Shown: one piece after another, positions 12,296 through 26,890 of the stretch
Position numbering within the stretch: position 1 is the stretch's first letter
Layout of the letters: each line of letters opens with the position of its first letter
DNA from: Malacoraja senta
Taxonomy: Eukaryota
NCBI GenBank assembly: GCA_038087875.1
Contig: CM075989.1
Coordinates: 15,564,001 to 15,628,000, forward strand
Direction: 5' to 3'
DNA length: 64,000 nucleotides
Notes under the pieces: generated by a model
Told to the model about the DNA's origin: nothing
Seen by the model: only the letters and a program-made list of their open reading frames with translations
Databases searched by the model: none
Position numbers and translations under genes: made by a program

Positions 12296-12600
12296 GGGTG
12301 CAGTGCCTGGTAAAAACCCCTGCCCCACAGCTCCAGTGACCTGAGTACAGTTCTGACCTCCATTGCTGTATGTATGAAGTTTTCTCTTTGTGATGGCATT
12401 GGTTTCCAGAGTGCGATGGTTTCCTGCTACATCCTAAAGGCAAATGCATTGGCAGGTTAATTGGCTACTATAAATTGCCCAGAATGTGAAGGTGAGTGAT
12501 AGGAACTTGGAATGTGGGGAGAATAAAATGGGTTTAGGATAGTGCAAATGGGTACTCGATCACACTCGCGCATACCTCTGTGCTGTATAACTCTTAACTA
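12296..12600 (+). mobile_element. Degenerate tRNA-derived SINE
   Basis: Diverged match to the SINE copies at 34024 and 40553 (ggtttcctgctacatcctaaag, aggttaattggct). Confidence 0.6.
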
Positions 12601-13357
12601 ATCTACCAATGCAAGAAAGCCAATTTATAAGGTTGGCTTTGTGCATTAGGATGCTAGGACGCAATTTTTCAATTTAGTCTCAGACAGATTTGTACATTTC
12701 AGGGGGTTTATTTGCATTACAGGTTGATTTCCAATCCCAACTTTTTTCTACTGAGTTTATAATCACAATCGTCTTTACAGGCAATCCCTTTGTATGTTTG
12801 ATGATTTGCGCATTTCCACCCAATTGCTCTTACCAGTTGTTTCTTGCATTTTACAGGAGACAAGTTTAATATTTTTTCCTCTTAATTTTTTGAGTCATAT
12901 TTAGCATGAGAGTTACGGACATTATACTGGTTTTAGGCTATTTAGGTAAACCAATCCAATTATTTTAGATTAATTAATTTGGAATGTGGGTCTGTTTTAT
13001 AAAAATCATATAAAATTACAATTCATCATCATTGCATAGGGTCTGGATTTAATGATATAATAATAGTTCATGGTTGTACAGTGGTGAAATGGGCCCTTTG
13101 GTCCTCCACAAGATTTAATGTGGGTCAGTGGAGCTGTGAGGCTGAAGCTCAAGTGCACAGGTACTCTTCTCAATCTGCTGTTTTAGTTTAATAATCCAAG
13201 TTCTTGCTTAGTGGACAATATCAAGCATATAATAAAATATGACAAGTACTGATTACATCATCTGCTTGAGAATACTATTAAACTGATTATCCTGAAGAAT
13301 AAAATAATGTAATGAATCAAGTAATGTAGTCTAATGTGCAGTTGCTGTGTGATCTAA

Positions 13358-14188
13358 GGGGGCGCCGTCGAGTGTGGCTGCCCAGCCTGCAGCTGTCTAT
13401 CCTTTCACCCTTTTAATTTTTTTTTTAGTATGTTAAAAGTTCGTTAGGCGGTCTAATCTTTTTTATGTTGGGGGTGGAGGGGGGGGGGGGGGGAAGGGGG
13501 AAACTATTTTTCTCAGTCCCTACCTGGTCGGAGATGCGGCTTTTCTCCGGGCTGTATCTTCGCCCCTTCCTCGCAGCCTACCACCGGGACTGGAGCGGCG
13601 TTTCCTGCCGGGAACGGCCAGAATGTCGGCGGCGGCGCAGCGCTGGGGCGCTATCGCGGAGCGGGCGATGCCTTGTCCGGGTCACCGTGCTGAGACCGCT
13701 GACTCCCAACATCGCGGAGCTGTCGTTGCGGAGCTTCCAGCCGCGGAGGCACTGACTCTGAACACCGCGGAGCCTGGGATCTCTCGCCTAGATCGTCAGT
13801 CGGAGCTCCGACCAGCACGCCCTGTGGACTTCGGGAGCTGCGGTCTCTGGCAGCAAGCGGCCGTTCCAGACGCTCCAAGCTGCTGAAGAGTGTTCTCCCG
13901 ACACCGAAGCCACATCATCCGGCGAGAGGGCCTGAACATCGGGCCACCGTTGCGGCGACTGCGGAGGCCTCAATAGGCTCGACCATGGGTGAACGAAGGG
14001 GAAGAGGACTGGACTTTGTGCCTTCCCTCACAGTGGGAACCACTGTGGGGGGATGTTCTTATGTTTTATGTTCAATTCTTTTTTAATGTGGTGTCTTACT
14101 TTTATTGGTGTGCTGCAAATGGCAACTCAAATTTCACTACACTAGAAATGGTGTATGTGACAATAAATGTCCTTTGTCCTTTGTCCTT
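13358..14188 (+). mobile_element. GC/CpG-rich non-autonomous retroposon-like insert
   Basis: Abrupt GC-rich block in an AT-rich intron, ending in gtgacaataaa plus a (tgtcctt)n tail, a LINE-like 3' end. No recognisable protein. Confidence 0.6.
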
Positions 14189-17100
14189 TAATGAAAGATG
14201 ACTGATTGTTCATATTATTTCATTTTTGTCTGAAAACCTTTAGGGTCAATGATAACTTGCTTCCAAGCCAGTTTTGTAGGTCTGATTAACCTAATGTAAT
14301 TCCCTTGTGAACTTTTGAACAAGAAAATTAGGCAGTAGCCGGTACTTTGCTGTTGTAATGATAAAACTATTGTCATTTTTGTCATTACACTATGTAATAT
14401 ATAAGCAACCTTGGGATTGTCAACCAAGTGAATTAGTGGTGAAATCTGAAGTTGCTCACAATGATATGATCCTTTGTGTTGTTGGCAGCCTTCTTTCTAA
14501 TCAAGCGAGTAGATGAAGATTTCCGGTTTTAACAATTGAGTTTAATTGTAAACCACAAAAAGCTTACAATTTGATGGATGGTGTCAAAATTAGCTTTAAA
14601 AGAGATTCTGTGCTTTCATCGTGTCTATTTTGTAAAGTATGGAAATGTTACATTGTGCCTTTTAAACCTTTGTTTGCTGTTCATTGAGAATTTGTGTTTG
14701 GCTACTTAGCCGTGTGGGTAAATGTTTTTAGGTTGAACTTGGCGTTGAAGCATTTTCCAATAACTAGAAGTAATTTGATGGAAGGAATAATCCATAACTC
14801 AAGGAATCATGTCAGTGAGATAGAAGGCTGGAAGCTAATCTTCATTTGCACCAGAAGATCAGGTTACAGCCTTTAACTTATTACCGGATGTTTCTCATAC
14901 AATAGGCAATGCTGGGAATTTTTAATTAATGATTTCCTGTGAATTCCAGGATATGATGCAAGTACACACATATTGCATTATCTTTCTGCAGAAACAAATG
15001 TTCATAAAAAATGTTGCTTTATTACAGTAAGACACTGATACAGCATATTTGGCTTAAGATTAAGTTTGAGAAAAATTCACTATGTATTATAATTTATGCA
15101 ATTAAAGCAACTATCTTATATGAAAACTAAAGGTGGTATATTTATAAATCGATTGTTGAATGTTCAACCCAAATTGTGCTTCTGATTTTCTTTTTTTTGT
15201 GTTTTTGGAAGGAATTCTGTCCCTGATTTATGTATTGTTCTTTATAACCTATTTTTTTTTAAATTCTGATTATATGTTTTCTATAAATCTCTGTATGGTG
15301 TCCTTGAGACCTCGGTATAAGGCGCCCATAAATAAAATCCATTATTATTATTATTATTATTTATCATCTTGATTTTAATATTTTTGAATGTTGCTTTGGT
15401 AATCATTCAATGGTCTTCATTGTCACGTCTGGAGAGCGCAGTGAAATTCTTTTGCACAACTCACAAATGCACAGTCATCATATTTTTACACAGTTTACAA
15501 AGGAAAAAGAAACAGTCCAAAGTCCAGTTCACTTGTTGCAAGTACTGGAGCACCCCTGACAGGATTTCTAGTACTATCTAGGCAGCTGCAGGTCCGCGAT
15601 CTGACGATCCTGTCAGATCCTCGCCTGTTTGCCTCTGTCCAGGGGGGGCGCCTCCAGCAGCCAACCTTGGAGGCAATGCCCTGGTCTCTCTCCTACTAGC
15701 CCACTCCTCGTCTCCGTCACTGCCAGTGGCTCCTTCCTTGACTCTCTGGTCTTTGGAGCTGCTGAGCTTCCCCCTGCAGGCAGTGGTCTGCCGGGCCTGT
15801 CTTTGCAACGGCAAACCAGGCCCGGGTCTTTGTTCTTGGCCGGCTGCCGGGTCCACTCTTGCGGCACCGCGGCGCTCGCCGGGAACTTCCTGTGGCTACT
15901 CTGGCTATTCTGTCGGGAAAAAAACATTTATTACTTTACAATGCAATTGTCAGAGAATTACCAGCACTTCTCTTATCACATTGTTACTTATGCTATATCC
16001 TTGGGGCCTGTGCTCATGCCTTTCGTTGTGATCTGCATGCTCCCATCTTACCTCCCATAACAACAGCCAAAAACACACACCCTTTTCCTCAATCTATGCT
16101 GATAACTCCAGAGTTTTCCAAATGAATATCAGCAAAACCAAAGTTATGATCGTTAGTAAATATTGTTCCTTCATCTCTTTCCTTGTCAATGTCCAAAATA
16201 GAATCAGATTGTGCAACGCTGGTGCCATTTTTGAGAGATCTATATTTTGAACCATGTATCACTAAGTCTACCTATTTCCACTTCACATCACCCACTTCTG
16301 TCGTACCTTACCTTTGGTCTGCTTTACCTCTGAACTTTAATTCAGATTGACCTCTAACTTCCTCTTCCATACTCTGCCACCATGGAATTGCCATGGATCA
16401 AGAAATAGTTATCAAAACAAAGCAAAGATTGGGAATAAGCAAACCCTTTTGGGTTGGCAGTCAGTGTCCGGTGGGATAGCAAGGAGTGCCTTGGCTATTC
16501 ACATTCTTTATCAACATTTTCACCGGCAGAACTAATATCATATTTCATATTCTAAACTCAGTGAATGAAGATAATAAAGGTTTTAAGGGGACCTCGGAAA
16601 GCTGAAAGGTCTGTTTCCACGCTGCATGACTTTAACTGACTAATTATCCTTTTGGATCTTTGTGGAGGAGGTAAAGGAGGTTTGTTGTGCCTGATAGATC
16701 TCCAAATGAAATGTGGGCAAGGTCCTGCTGAGACTATCCTCATTAACTATGATTTTGCCCTCCACTATAGTTAATGAGACCAGCTCTCATCCCCTCTTCT
16801 CTCACCCAGATCAAGGTTTTGGGTTCTCCTCCCCTTCCCTTAAGCATTTCAACAGGATAATTCCCCGCACCCCCAGATGCTTTGGATCCACGTCAACACA
16901 TACATTCATCCAGTTGCATGTCATTGCCTTGTACAACAGCAGGACATGCAAAACTTCAAGTGCAAGTTCAAGTGAGTTTATTGTCATGTGTTCCTGATAG
17001 GACAATGAAATTCTTGCTTTGCTTCAGCACAACAGAACATAGTAGGCATTGACTTGTCCCTTTGACCTCCTGTTCAATGCAGGCTTGAGAATCAGTATGT

Positions 17101-19349
17101 TATCTTCCAATTTGTCATGCGATAGTTTCCTTGATTCCATATTTAATTCAACCATTTTAGAAATTCAGCCATTCCAGACTGGTAATGCATATTTCCAGTG
17201 TTTAATTTTTCTTTCCTGATAATATTGTCATCTCCGATTTGCACGTCCCGCAGAAACACCATTTTGTTATTTAGGAACCTCTACCACCTTTTAGCCAGCA
17301 CCATCGCCACCACTTGATTTACTGAACCTCCCTTGATCTCTTCTCCGTCTCAGTGGCTTGCCTGTTGTTCTGTCTTTTCCCTTCGACCCTTTCTGTGCAA
17401 CAAATATTTTGTTACTAACTTTTTTAAAATCCTGATGATAAATGGTTAACTAAGAGCATTAGCTTTTTTCATCCATCTGTGGATAAAGTCTGTCCTGAAT
17501 ATTTCCAGAATTTTCTATTTTTATACCTTGATGCTATATATTGAAGAGGAATCCCTGATAGCAAAAATATTCCAGTGGACAATCACCATTCAGCAAGAAA
17601 CACAATATTTTGTAAGCTAAAAACGGTTTTGTGTAAAACATTTTTGGAAAGCAGTCAAATTCTGTGGATTATAGTCAAACCCCAGATTAAAATTTGTGCC
17701 ATTTCTCATGTATTTTCCCGAACATTTGCCAAGAAGTTTTTCTTTCAAGTTTTGCCCACAATATTGCACTGAATCATTCAAAAACATCTGTTTTATTTCA
17801 ACATTCAGTGCTAAATCTAAATACTTGGATTCTTAACAAAAGAGTTTTTCATGTTTTTCACGTATGGAATCTTCATGGTTCTAAAGTAGATTGTATTTAA
17901 AGGTTTCTTACAACTGAAATGAAGAGAAATTTGACCAAAACTTGGGTGGTGAGAATGTGGAGTTCTGTACCACAGAGTCTTGGAGGTTCTGTTGTTGATT
18001 GCCTTCATAAAAGAAGTTGATAGATTTCTGGAAATGAAATTAATTGAGGCTTGTAAGGATAATGCAAGAAAATGGCACTGAGGTGAAAGTTTTGTAGTCT
18101 TGATGAATGGCACAACAGTTTCAAAGAGCTGGCAAGTCTGTTTCTGCTCTTAATTATGTTTAATAGCCTTGGTGCTTTAGATACCATGTTCTATGTTTGT
18201 TTATTAATCCAATATAATAATAATAATGCTCAAATTCAGTTATAATTTCAATAAAATCAGCATTTACATTATGTTCTGTAAAAATTAGACAATATCACTA
18301 CATGTAAACACCAATAGTGGGTTTCAGACAGACCATTGGAGAGATATCATCATTCCTTCCAAATTGTGCACTAATATTTTAATTCTCTTGTGGCAGAATC
18401 ATTACTGATAATATTTTTGCTTGCTAAAGAAATAATGCGTTCTGATGAATATTTTTAGTTTATCTATTGGAATGTATTATTTGAGGTTATTTTTGAAGTT
18501 TCCATTGATTTAAAATTTAGGTTGTGTGTCGGCTTTTAAAATTTGTTCTTGACATGTTTCTGCACTTTGGTCAGGTATTCCTCACCCCCTTCCCTCCTTT
18601 ATGTTGTATTGTGGTACATAAGCATTTGGAATCCTTAATGATTTATTGTGACAAGGCCATTTTTGTTGAGGAATTTGTTTTGGTATAATTCAAGCTACAG
18701 CGTTTCATGTGAGACCAAGTCCTCAGTATAAGGAAGAAAGCAAAGCACATTACTCCAATGATGGAGAGAAAGTATTGAACTCCATTCTCATAGCTTATTG
18801 TGGATTTATTCAACCAAATTAGTGTAGTTCACACTTTCATTTGATATTCTTGGTAATGAGGACAACTTGCTTCTGCTCCATTTGTCTGGATTTGGAGGTG
18901 GCTGAGGCCGATGTTGGAGCTGTCACTCTGCCACAAGTGGGGCAAGGTGTTAATAGGGCAGGTGGGTGCTTTGTGGTACATTTTTTTCGATCATTAATGC
19001 TGATTTTCCGTATGCTGATTTTCATCATGAGCAATCGCGGCCATGAGATTCAATGAAGTCTTCAAGGCTGTTGCATTTTCTACATGAGATATAGGAAGGA
19101 AGCTGGTTGTGGTTGACTAACCCTGCCAGTGGATTTGGAGGAATTTGTGAAAACAACTTTGCAGGCATTTACAGTTATCCGAGATGCCCAGACTGGGTAT
19201 GACTTGTGTATTGGAGGACGGAGATCATTTGCATGCCAGACTCTCATCTTTGTGTAGAAACAAAGAACTGCTGATGCTGGTTTATACCAAAGATAGAGAC
19301 AAAGTGCTGGAGTAACTCAGTTTAATCACCATTTTTGGATCCGAATTAT

Positions 19350-20300
19350 AATATAAAATGGGGATACGTTTGGTCCCAAGGCAGGAAAGTCTAAAAATAG
19401 GGGGCACATTTTTAAGGTGAAAGTGAAAGATTTAAAAGGGACCTGAGGGTCAATTGTTTCACAGGTTGGTGGCTATGTGGAATGAGCTACCAGAGGAGGT
19501 AATGAAGGCAGGTACAATTACAACACTTGGATAGGTACATGAATATGAATGTTTGGGGGAATATGGGCCATTGACCTTCATCAGTCAGTATTGAGTATAG
19601 ACGTCGGGAGGTCATGTTGCAGTTGTATAAGATGTTGGTGAGTCCGTATTTAGAATATTGTGAATATCTGGAGAAGGGTCTCGACCCGAAACGTTACCCA
19701 TTCCTTCTCTCCAGAGATGCTGGCTGACTCGCTGGGTTACTACAGCATTTTGTCTACCTTTAGAATATTGTGTTCAGTTCTGGGCGCCATGTTATAGGAA
19801 AGATATTGTCGAGCTTGAAAGAGTTCAGAAAAGATGTATGGGGTTGTCACCCGGGCTAGAGGATGTGAGGTATAGGGAGAGGGTCAGTAGGCTGGGTCTC
19901 TATTCCTTGGAGCGCAGGAGGATGAGGGGTGATTTTATAGATATGTACAAAATCATGAGAGGAATGCACAGATCAGATGTACAGAGTCTCTTGCCCAGAG
20001 TAGGGGAATCGAGGACCAGAGGACATAGGTTCAAGGTGAAGGGGAAAAGGTTTAATAGGAATCCGAGGGGTAACTTTTTCACACAAAGGGTGGTGGGTGT
20101 ATGGAACAAGCTGCCAGAGGAGGTAGTTGAAGCTGGGACTACCCATCGTTTAAGAAACAGTTAGACAGGTACATGGATAGGACAGGTTTGGAGGGATATG
20201 GACCAAGCGTAGGCAATTGGGACTAGTGTAGCTGAGACATTGTTGGCCGGTGTGGGCAATTTGGGCTGAAGGGCCTGTTTCTACACTGTGTCACTCCATA
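19350..20300 (+). mobile_element. CR1-like LINE 3' fragments (two adjacent)
   Basis: ORF 19838-20164 LGLYSLERRRMRGD...FFTQRVVGVWNKLPEEVVEA is the typical CR1 ORF2 C-terminus, followed by 3' UTR gggctgaagggcctgttt. Confidence 0.9.
19663..19758 (+). mobile_element. Hammerhead-bearing short element inserted in CR1
   Basis: Exact 14-bp TSD tttagaatattgtg (19649-19662 / 19759-19772). Core reads CUGGAGA (one substitution)...GAAACGUU. Confidence 0.85.
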
Positions 20301-23300
20301 ACAATGGGCCAAACATCAACAAATAGGACTAGATCAGGTAGGAAACTCTATTGATATATACGAGTTGGACCAAAGGGTATGTTTCCATGCTGTATGATTG
20401 TCTGTTGCTTCTCAGGTGGTAGTAAGGTTTTGACATCACACATGAAGTCTGAAATGAATAGTGTATTGTGGCATGGAGTCCACTCTGTCAAGTGTCATGA
20501 ATGACAACTTCTTCAGAATGCTCATTTGAATTGATGCTTACTGCCTCTCTGTCCTTATGCTCTTCTCCATTCTTGGCAGTCAGCTGAATAAACAGTTGGA
20601 TGTTTGTGTTGCAGATGAATTTGATGGTGTTGAAGAACCAGTGCATGTGATGTTTAGCACCGTGAGTTGTTAAACGTCCTGTACCATTGGATCAAGACAG
20701 TGTTAAGTAAGATTTCAGCAGTAGTCATTTCAAAGCAGATGCGTGGCTTTTAGAATAGTTGTAAGAGCAATTCAAGATGTTTGTTATTGCAGATCAATCA
20801 CCTCAGTCTAACACGTCAATCTCGCCAATTCTGAATCTCAAGGAACTTGAAGGCGCTTTCAGGATTCTATAGAAATCATGATTTTAAAAAAATCAAGTAT
20901 AATTGATTGCACTTTGTTTTGTAAGCACTATAACATAAAATGAACTTTGTTACCTGATCTGTTGGCAGTGTTATTAATTTATACTCAGTAAGGATTTTGA
21001 AAAGGATACTTGGTCTCTCATTCCACATCATGAATGTTTGATTTTGTTTTCAATGTGCAGTGGCCAGTATTTTCCAAACATACTAATTTTATAACTTTGA
21101 TACAGCAGCAGTATTTCTGAGGTATCAATTTAAGATGCAGCCAGGAACCTTGTTTTTAATGTCATACGCTAGTTATACATTTACCTTTGCAAAATAAATC
21201 TATTATTTTCACCTGGTCATTGTTTAGTAAATTGCAATAAATTTACAATTTATTGTAAGCCTGAGATATTCCATTGCTTCTTGAGGAATAAAAACGTTCT
21301 ACTTGAAGTGTATTAATTCCATTTCCATTAGCTTACCTGGGAATGTTTGCCTTTTTTTCCAGGTTGCTTGTTTACCTTGTAAAGCAAGTGCAGAAGCCGC
21401 AAGATATTATAGCTCATTTCTGAGAGTGATCGACCAGCTAAAAATTCACAATGAAGGAATGGCAGAAAAAGCTTAAAATTACATAATGACAATGAGATGC
21501 TTAAGCAAGTAATCTGCACAATATTTCTGACCAAGAATGCTACATGATTTGTTTGACTAACGACATCTTCCATGCTATGCCTAGTTGGTGACCATTTAAG
21601 AAGGCAGAATTGTCATAATTTTAGATTTAAATCGTATTACGCTGTACCTTTATTGGTACACGTGACAATAAAATACCTTTGAATCTTTTGAACCTTTGAA
21701 ATGATGACCAGTGGAAAAGAAATATTGGAACACGTTTCTTCATCCTTGGTAATCATTTCATTACCATTGAAGTGCTTCAAAAACATTCAGTTTGCAAGCT
21801 TTCAACTGGGAACAAATTTGAGGTGTGACATTGTATACAATTCCTCAGACACCATTAATACGATACGATAGAACTTTATTTATCCAAGGAGGGAAATTGA
21901 TCTGCCAAAAGTCATAAAAAACACAAAATACATGAAACATGAAATTAAAGTGACGAATGGAAAGGATTGGGGAAGTGCAAAAATTGTGTGTGGGGGGTGG
22001 GGGTGGGGGGGGGGGGGTCAGTCTCAGTCTACCCCACTACAGAAGGGGAGGAGTTGTACAGTTTGATAGCCACGGGGAAGAAGGGATCTCCTGTGGTGTT
22101 CTGTCCTGCATCTTGGTGGAACCTGTCTGTTTCCTTTGGTTGACTGAGAAACAAGTGAGCTATGTAGATGAAAATAAAATGTTGCAGTGGTATGCACCAG
22201 AACGACTCTTGCACTTTAGCTTTCAATTGGTGGTCTTGCAGATTGACTGAGATTCCTGTTTTCCTCTGGAATAAAATACATCTAGAAAACAACTTTGTAA
22301 AATGGACCTGGAAAGTTAACTGCTGTAGGAGATATTAAGGTTAATTGAGAAGTTCATAGATTCCTTATAAAAATTCTTTGCTCATCATAATTTTGAAATG
22401 CAATGCAGGAAGTTTACTGAGATGGAAAATATAAAGTTGCAACATATATTGGAATCTTTGAGCCTTTGTGTTTGAAGGTAATTTCTCTTCGGGCTTTCTC
22501 CAAGGCAATTGCCTAGAATCTCTGGAGTTATTTGATGTGGCAATTTGATGTGGTCACTTGAGCATTGTGGTTTTTAGTCTCCAATTGCTATCTCTGTTCC
22601 ACTTGGGTATAACCTTAAGCCTAAGCAGAGATTTAGTGTGGCAATATCATATTGCTTTTTACTGTAAAATTATGTGTAATTATCTTTTAAAATAAAATGA
22701 AACAATTATTTATTTTTACATTTCTCTTTGCTGTTGTCATTTTTCTTTGCCATTGAGATCCCTTGCCCTTGGTCAAAAGAAACATTGTATTCTGGAATTA
22801 AATCTGCATAGAGCACAATAGAGAGGATCATGTAATCAAAGTGACTGAGCAACTGATGGGAATTAGCTGAAGATAATTATAGCTTGCGCAATTCTCTTTC
22901 CACCTTCACTCATAACAATGAATGTTAATTGTATATGACATTTTAATAACAAATAAAAACCTGTACTTCTGTTAGATATTGCAATGTTGTCCTTAAATAT
23001 ATCTTCCATCTTTAACATTTTTGTAAACTTAATTTATTTTCCAACTCTGACCTTGAGGGGGTGGATGTCAGACATCCATTTATTGTTGCTCCCAAATGTA
23101 AACTGCCGATCTGCTGAAAACCGCTAAGTATATTTTCTGTGCTGGAAATGCACTGATTTATGTTTGACAATAATTATGTTTGCCAACAATGCTTACTTCG
23201 AGCAATGTGCTTTGACCATACACACAAAATAGTCTCTATACCGAGGTCTGTGAACTCCAATTATGTTAAACATTAATATGTTTCATGCATGTGTTTAGAA

Positions 23301-23579
23301 CTTAATTTTTCAATGTCTACAGAGGAATTGGTGGTAAATGTCCAGATAAATGTAGGATTATGGTGCAAGGATTCAACTTTGGTATCCTTCAAAAGCAACC
23401 TGAATTGGAAAGGTTAAAAGATTGGATATTTTTCAGTGAATAATGGCTCATTAGCAAATAGATTTTAGAATATTAAATAGTCGAAATCCCATGAGTATTT
23501 TAGCTTCTTGGAAGTTATGCCAGCAAGAATTATGGAGATAATTACTCCAATCATCATTTCAAAGTAGTAACAAAAATAA

Positions 23580-23714
<135 letters not shown>

Positions 23715-25082
23715 TGACTATTTTTGTAATTTTTAAGACAGTCAATGGAGCTGAAGGCTTAACTAGTTCTATGTGTGTTTATGGTCTACAAAATTAATTA
23801 ATTAACCTATTGAACATCAAATTAATCAAAAGGATTTAACGTCTCAGCCCTTTGTGCCTGCTCCATCATTCAACAGGACTGATCTGATTGTGAACTCAGC
23901 TCTGCATTCCCATCTATCTGTTGTATCCTCTCGCCCCTTGCTCAACAGGAATCCATGTTGTTCCATTACGTTTGTTATGTCCAATTGAATAGGCTGGCTT
24001 CTGTGATGATAAGGACCTCTGGCAGAACTTGAAATAAATCACCCATTTCTGCATTGGTGAGAATGCATCAGTCTTTTTAGCAATCATTGGGTAGGCCCTG
24101 CTGTCATTGGGGATTTGAATTTTCTTGAAGCCACCATTTCTGTTTAATTCTCCATCACAATTCATGTAGGACTTCGTGTATATGTGACGATTGCATATCT
24201 GATCTGTTGGTTGCTTACCTCTTATTTCATACTCTTTGTTTAGCTGTCCTGTGTTGCAGCTTCACATTGTCGCCTTCTTTAGGTTTGTTCATTATTTTTC
24301 CCATTTTAACTTTCTGCATTTCTCTTTGAATCAACGGCAGCCCCAGGCTTGGTGGGAGTGGGAGAGTGAGTGATATTGTGGGCAATTCAGTTGTGGTGAT
24401 GAGCATTTCTGATGCTGCTCAGGTACATATTACAACAAAGATACTCGGTTGTAAATGGGCAAATCTGTTTTGAGTCTATATTTAACATGATTACAGTGTT
24501 CACAAAACACAATAGAGTGTGTCCATACAATTAAGCTGGGTCTTTGTCTCCACCAAGGCTGTGCAGACCCATTTCTTGGACAGATGCGTCTCACAGGTAG
24601 ATGGGCAAGAAGTTTCCTTCCATTGGTTCACTCACCAACTGCCACCGAGCTGGTCTGGCAGCTACATTTTTCAGGCTTTGGTTGATTGTTAGTGGAGGTC
24701 ATTCTTGAAGCCCCCCACCCAGGGTACAACCTGTGACATTGATATTCTGTTATTTATTTTAAATGTTATTCCATGTGGAGAACACTGATTCATCAGCTAA
24801 GGGAGGGCACAGGAGGTGATTTCCTTGTTCATGTTTGACCTGATTCCATGGAGCTTTATGGGGGTATGATCAATGCTGAGCATTTCCAGAGCTTTGCATC
24901 CTGCCTGTTTTTTACTGTGGGCCTGTCCTGCTCCAAACCTAGGAATTGTAATAGACATTGAGTGGTATGATTTTGTGAGTACAGCCATATCTGTCTTTTG
25001 CTTGATTATTGTTTGTGCTAAAGCTCTACCAATGTAGTTAGTGGACTGCAGATATTTACAAAGAGGACTTTGTAAGTTCAAG

Positions 25083-25175
25083 GTAGACAAAAGTGCTGGA
25101 GAAACTCAGCGGGTGCGGCAGCATCTATGGAGCGAAGGAAATAGGCAACGTTTCGGCCGAAACCCTTCTTCAGAC
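25083..25175 (-). mobile_element. Hammerhead-bearing short element (second subfamily)
   Basis: 7-bp direct repeat gttcaag (25076-25082 / 25177-25183). Minus strand reads GUCUGAAGAAGGGUUUCGGCCGAAACGUUGCC. Confidence 0.8.
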
Positions 25176-25443
25176 GGTTCAAGTGCAACTGGGCTGGTGT
25201 AACTTTACAATTTGGTGCGTGCGTTGATGGGTAGTTGTCTAGGTGTTTTTTTTCTTTCTCAGTTTCAAAATATTGTTCCTTATGCAAGTTGTTTGATACT
25301 CCAGTTCAGAGGCCATTTTAGAGTAAACCACATTGGCCTGTTTTGGCCAAACTAGGTAAGGATGCTAAACACTTGTTTTTTGTATCTGATTCGCTCAACT
25401 GCATATTAAGTTTAGGTCTTATTTTGGGTCTTAATTTACACAG

Positions 25444-25514
25444 GTGCTAATCAGTGGTCAAGACCAGGAGGAACTCCATCATCTCCGAGTTATGAAAACT
25501 CTCTTCATTCACTG
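25444..25514 (+). CDS. TCF12: TCF12 internal exon
   Basis: acacag|GT GCT...CTG|gtgagg. 71 nt encoding (G)[23 protein letters not shown]; recalled human sequence [25 protein letters not shown]. Confidence 0.95.
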
Positions 25515-26690
25515 GTGAGGCAGACCAGATATTCTAAAATGTTTGGCAATGTTGTATTATGATTGTAACTCGGATGTTCTTGAACTGTTAAATGCATTTT
25601 TTGCTGGGATCTTGCTTGAGGGATATAAAGAGGCTGTAGTAGCTATATTTTTTGTATTCTTCATCAATCCTCAGAGAAGGGAATTCTGAAATCCAATATC
25701 TAAATAACTTTGGGCTTGTTTACTTATCCATCACTAGAAATTGGTCTTTTGACCCCTTTAAAAAAAAAATTTGAACATGTCAGCCTTGACGAACCAATGA
25801 TGGTTTGAGCTTTCTCCGAGAAGAAGGAGGTGCCAGAAGAGTTTTAAGGTGGCTAATATTGTGCCTCTATTTAAAAAGGGCTGCAAGGAAAAGCCTGGGA
25901 AATATAGACTAAATATTAAAATATATTGCATTTGGATAGACAGGATGATTAGGGATAGTCAAACTGAGTTTGTATGTGGGAGATCGTGTGTCTCAGATCT
26001 GATTGAGATTTTTTAAGAAGTAATCAAAAAGGTTGATGAGGGCAAATTTGTAGATGTTGTCTATGTGCTTTTCAGCAATGCATTTGATAAGGTTCCGCAT
26101 GGTAGGTTGGATTACATGGGATCCAAGAAGAGCTAGCTAACTAGATATAGAATTGGCTTCACGTAGGGTGATGTTGGAAGGTTGTTTTTCGGAATGAAGG
26201 TCTGTGATTAGTGCTGTGCCACAAAGATCAGTGCTGGGCCCATTACTGTTTGTGGTTTATATCAATGATTTGAATGAGAGGGTAGAAGGCATGGTTAGCA
26301 AGTTTGCAGATGATAGTAAAGTGGGAGGTATCATGGATGGTGAAGATGGTCATCAAAAATTACAGCAAGATCTTGATTAGTTCAGCAAGTAGGCTGAGGA
26401 ATGGTTAATGGAGTTTAATGCAGATAAGTGTGAGGTGTTGCATTTTGGGAAGTCAATCCAGAACAGGACCTTTGCAGTGAATGGCACGGGTCTGGAGAGT
26501 GATGTAGAGCAGAAGGATCTAGGAGTGCACGTACATAGTTCATTGAAAGTAATGGTCCTTAGTAGATTGGATGCTCAAGAAGGCTTTCAGTACATTGGCC
26601 TTCATCAGTTGGGGGTATTGAGGATAGAAGTTGGGATGTTAATTTAAAGTTGTACAAGATGTTGGTGAGGCCGCATTTGGAGTATTGTGT

Positions 26691-26890
26691 AGGAAAGAAC
26701 TGCAGATGCTGGTTTAAATCAAAGGTAGGCACAAAATGCTGGAGTAACTCAGCGGGACAGGCAGCATCTCTGGAGAGAAGGAATGGGTGACGTTTCGGGT
26801 CAAGACCCTTCTTCAGACTGATGTCAGGGGAGTAGTCGGAGACAGTAGGACTGGTGGGAGGTCAGAGACAGTAAGACTGGTGGGAGGTCA
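26691..26890 (-). mobile_element. Longer hammerhead-bearing element inserted in CR1
   Basis: Exact 11-bp TSD gagtattgtgt (26680-26690 / 26891-26901). Includes a ~26-bp tandem duplication at ~26838-26890. Confidence 0.85.
26785..26818 (-). ncRNA. Minimal type I hammerhead ribozyme motif (intact core)
   Basis: Minus strand GUCUGAAGAAGGGUCUUGACCCGAAACGUCACCC, identical to the 9647-9680 copy. Confidence 0.65.

Noticed and set aside
13465..13973. GC-rich overlapping ORFs or a promoter CpG island
   Set aside because: They lie within an inserted repeat-like block; low stop frequency is expected at high GC, and there is no recognisable protein.
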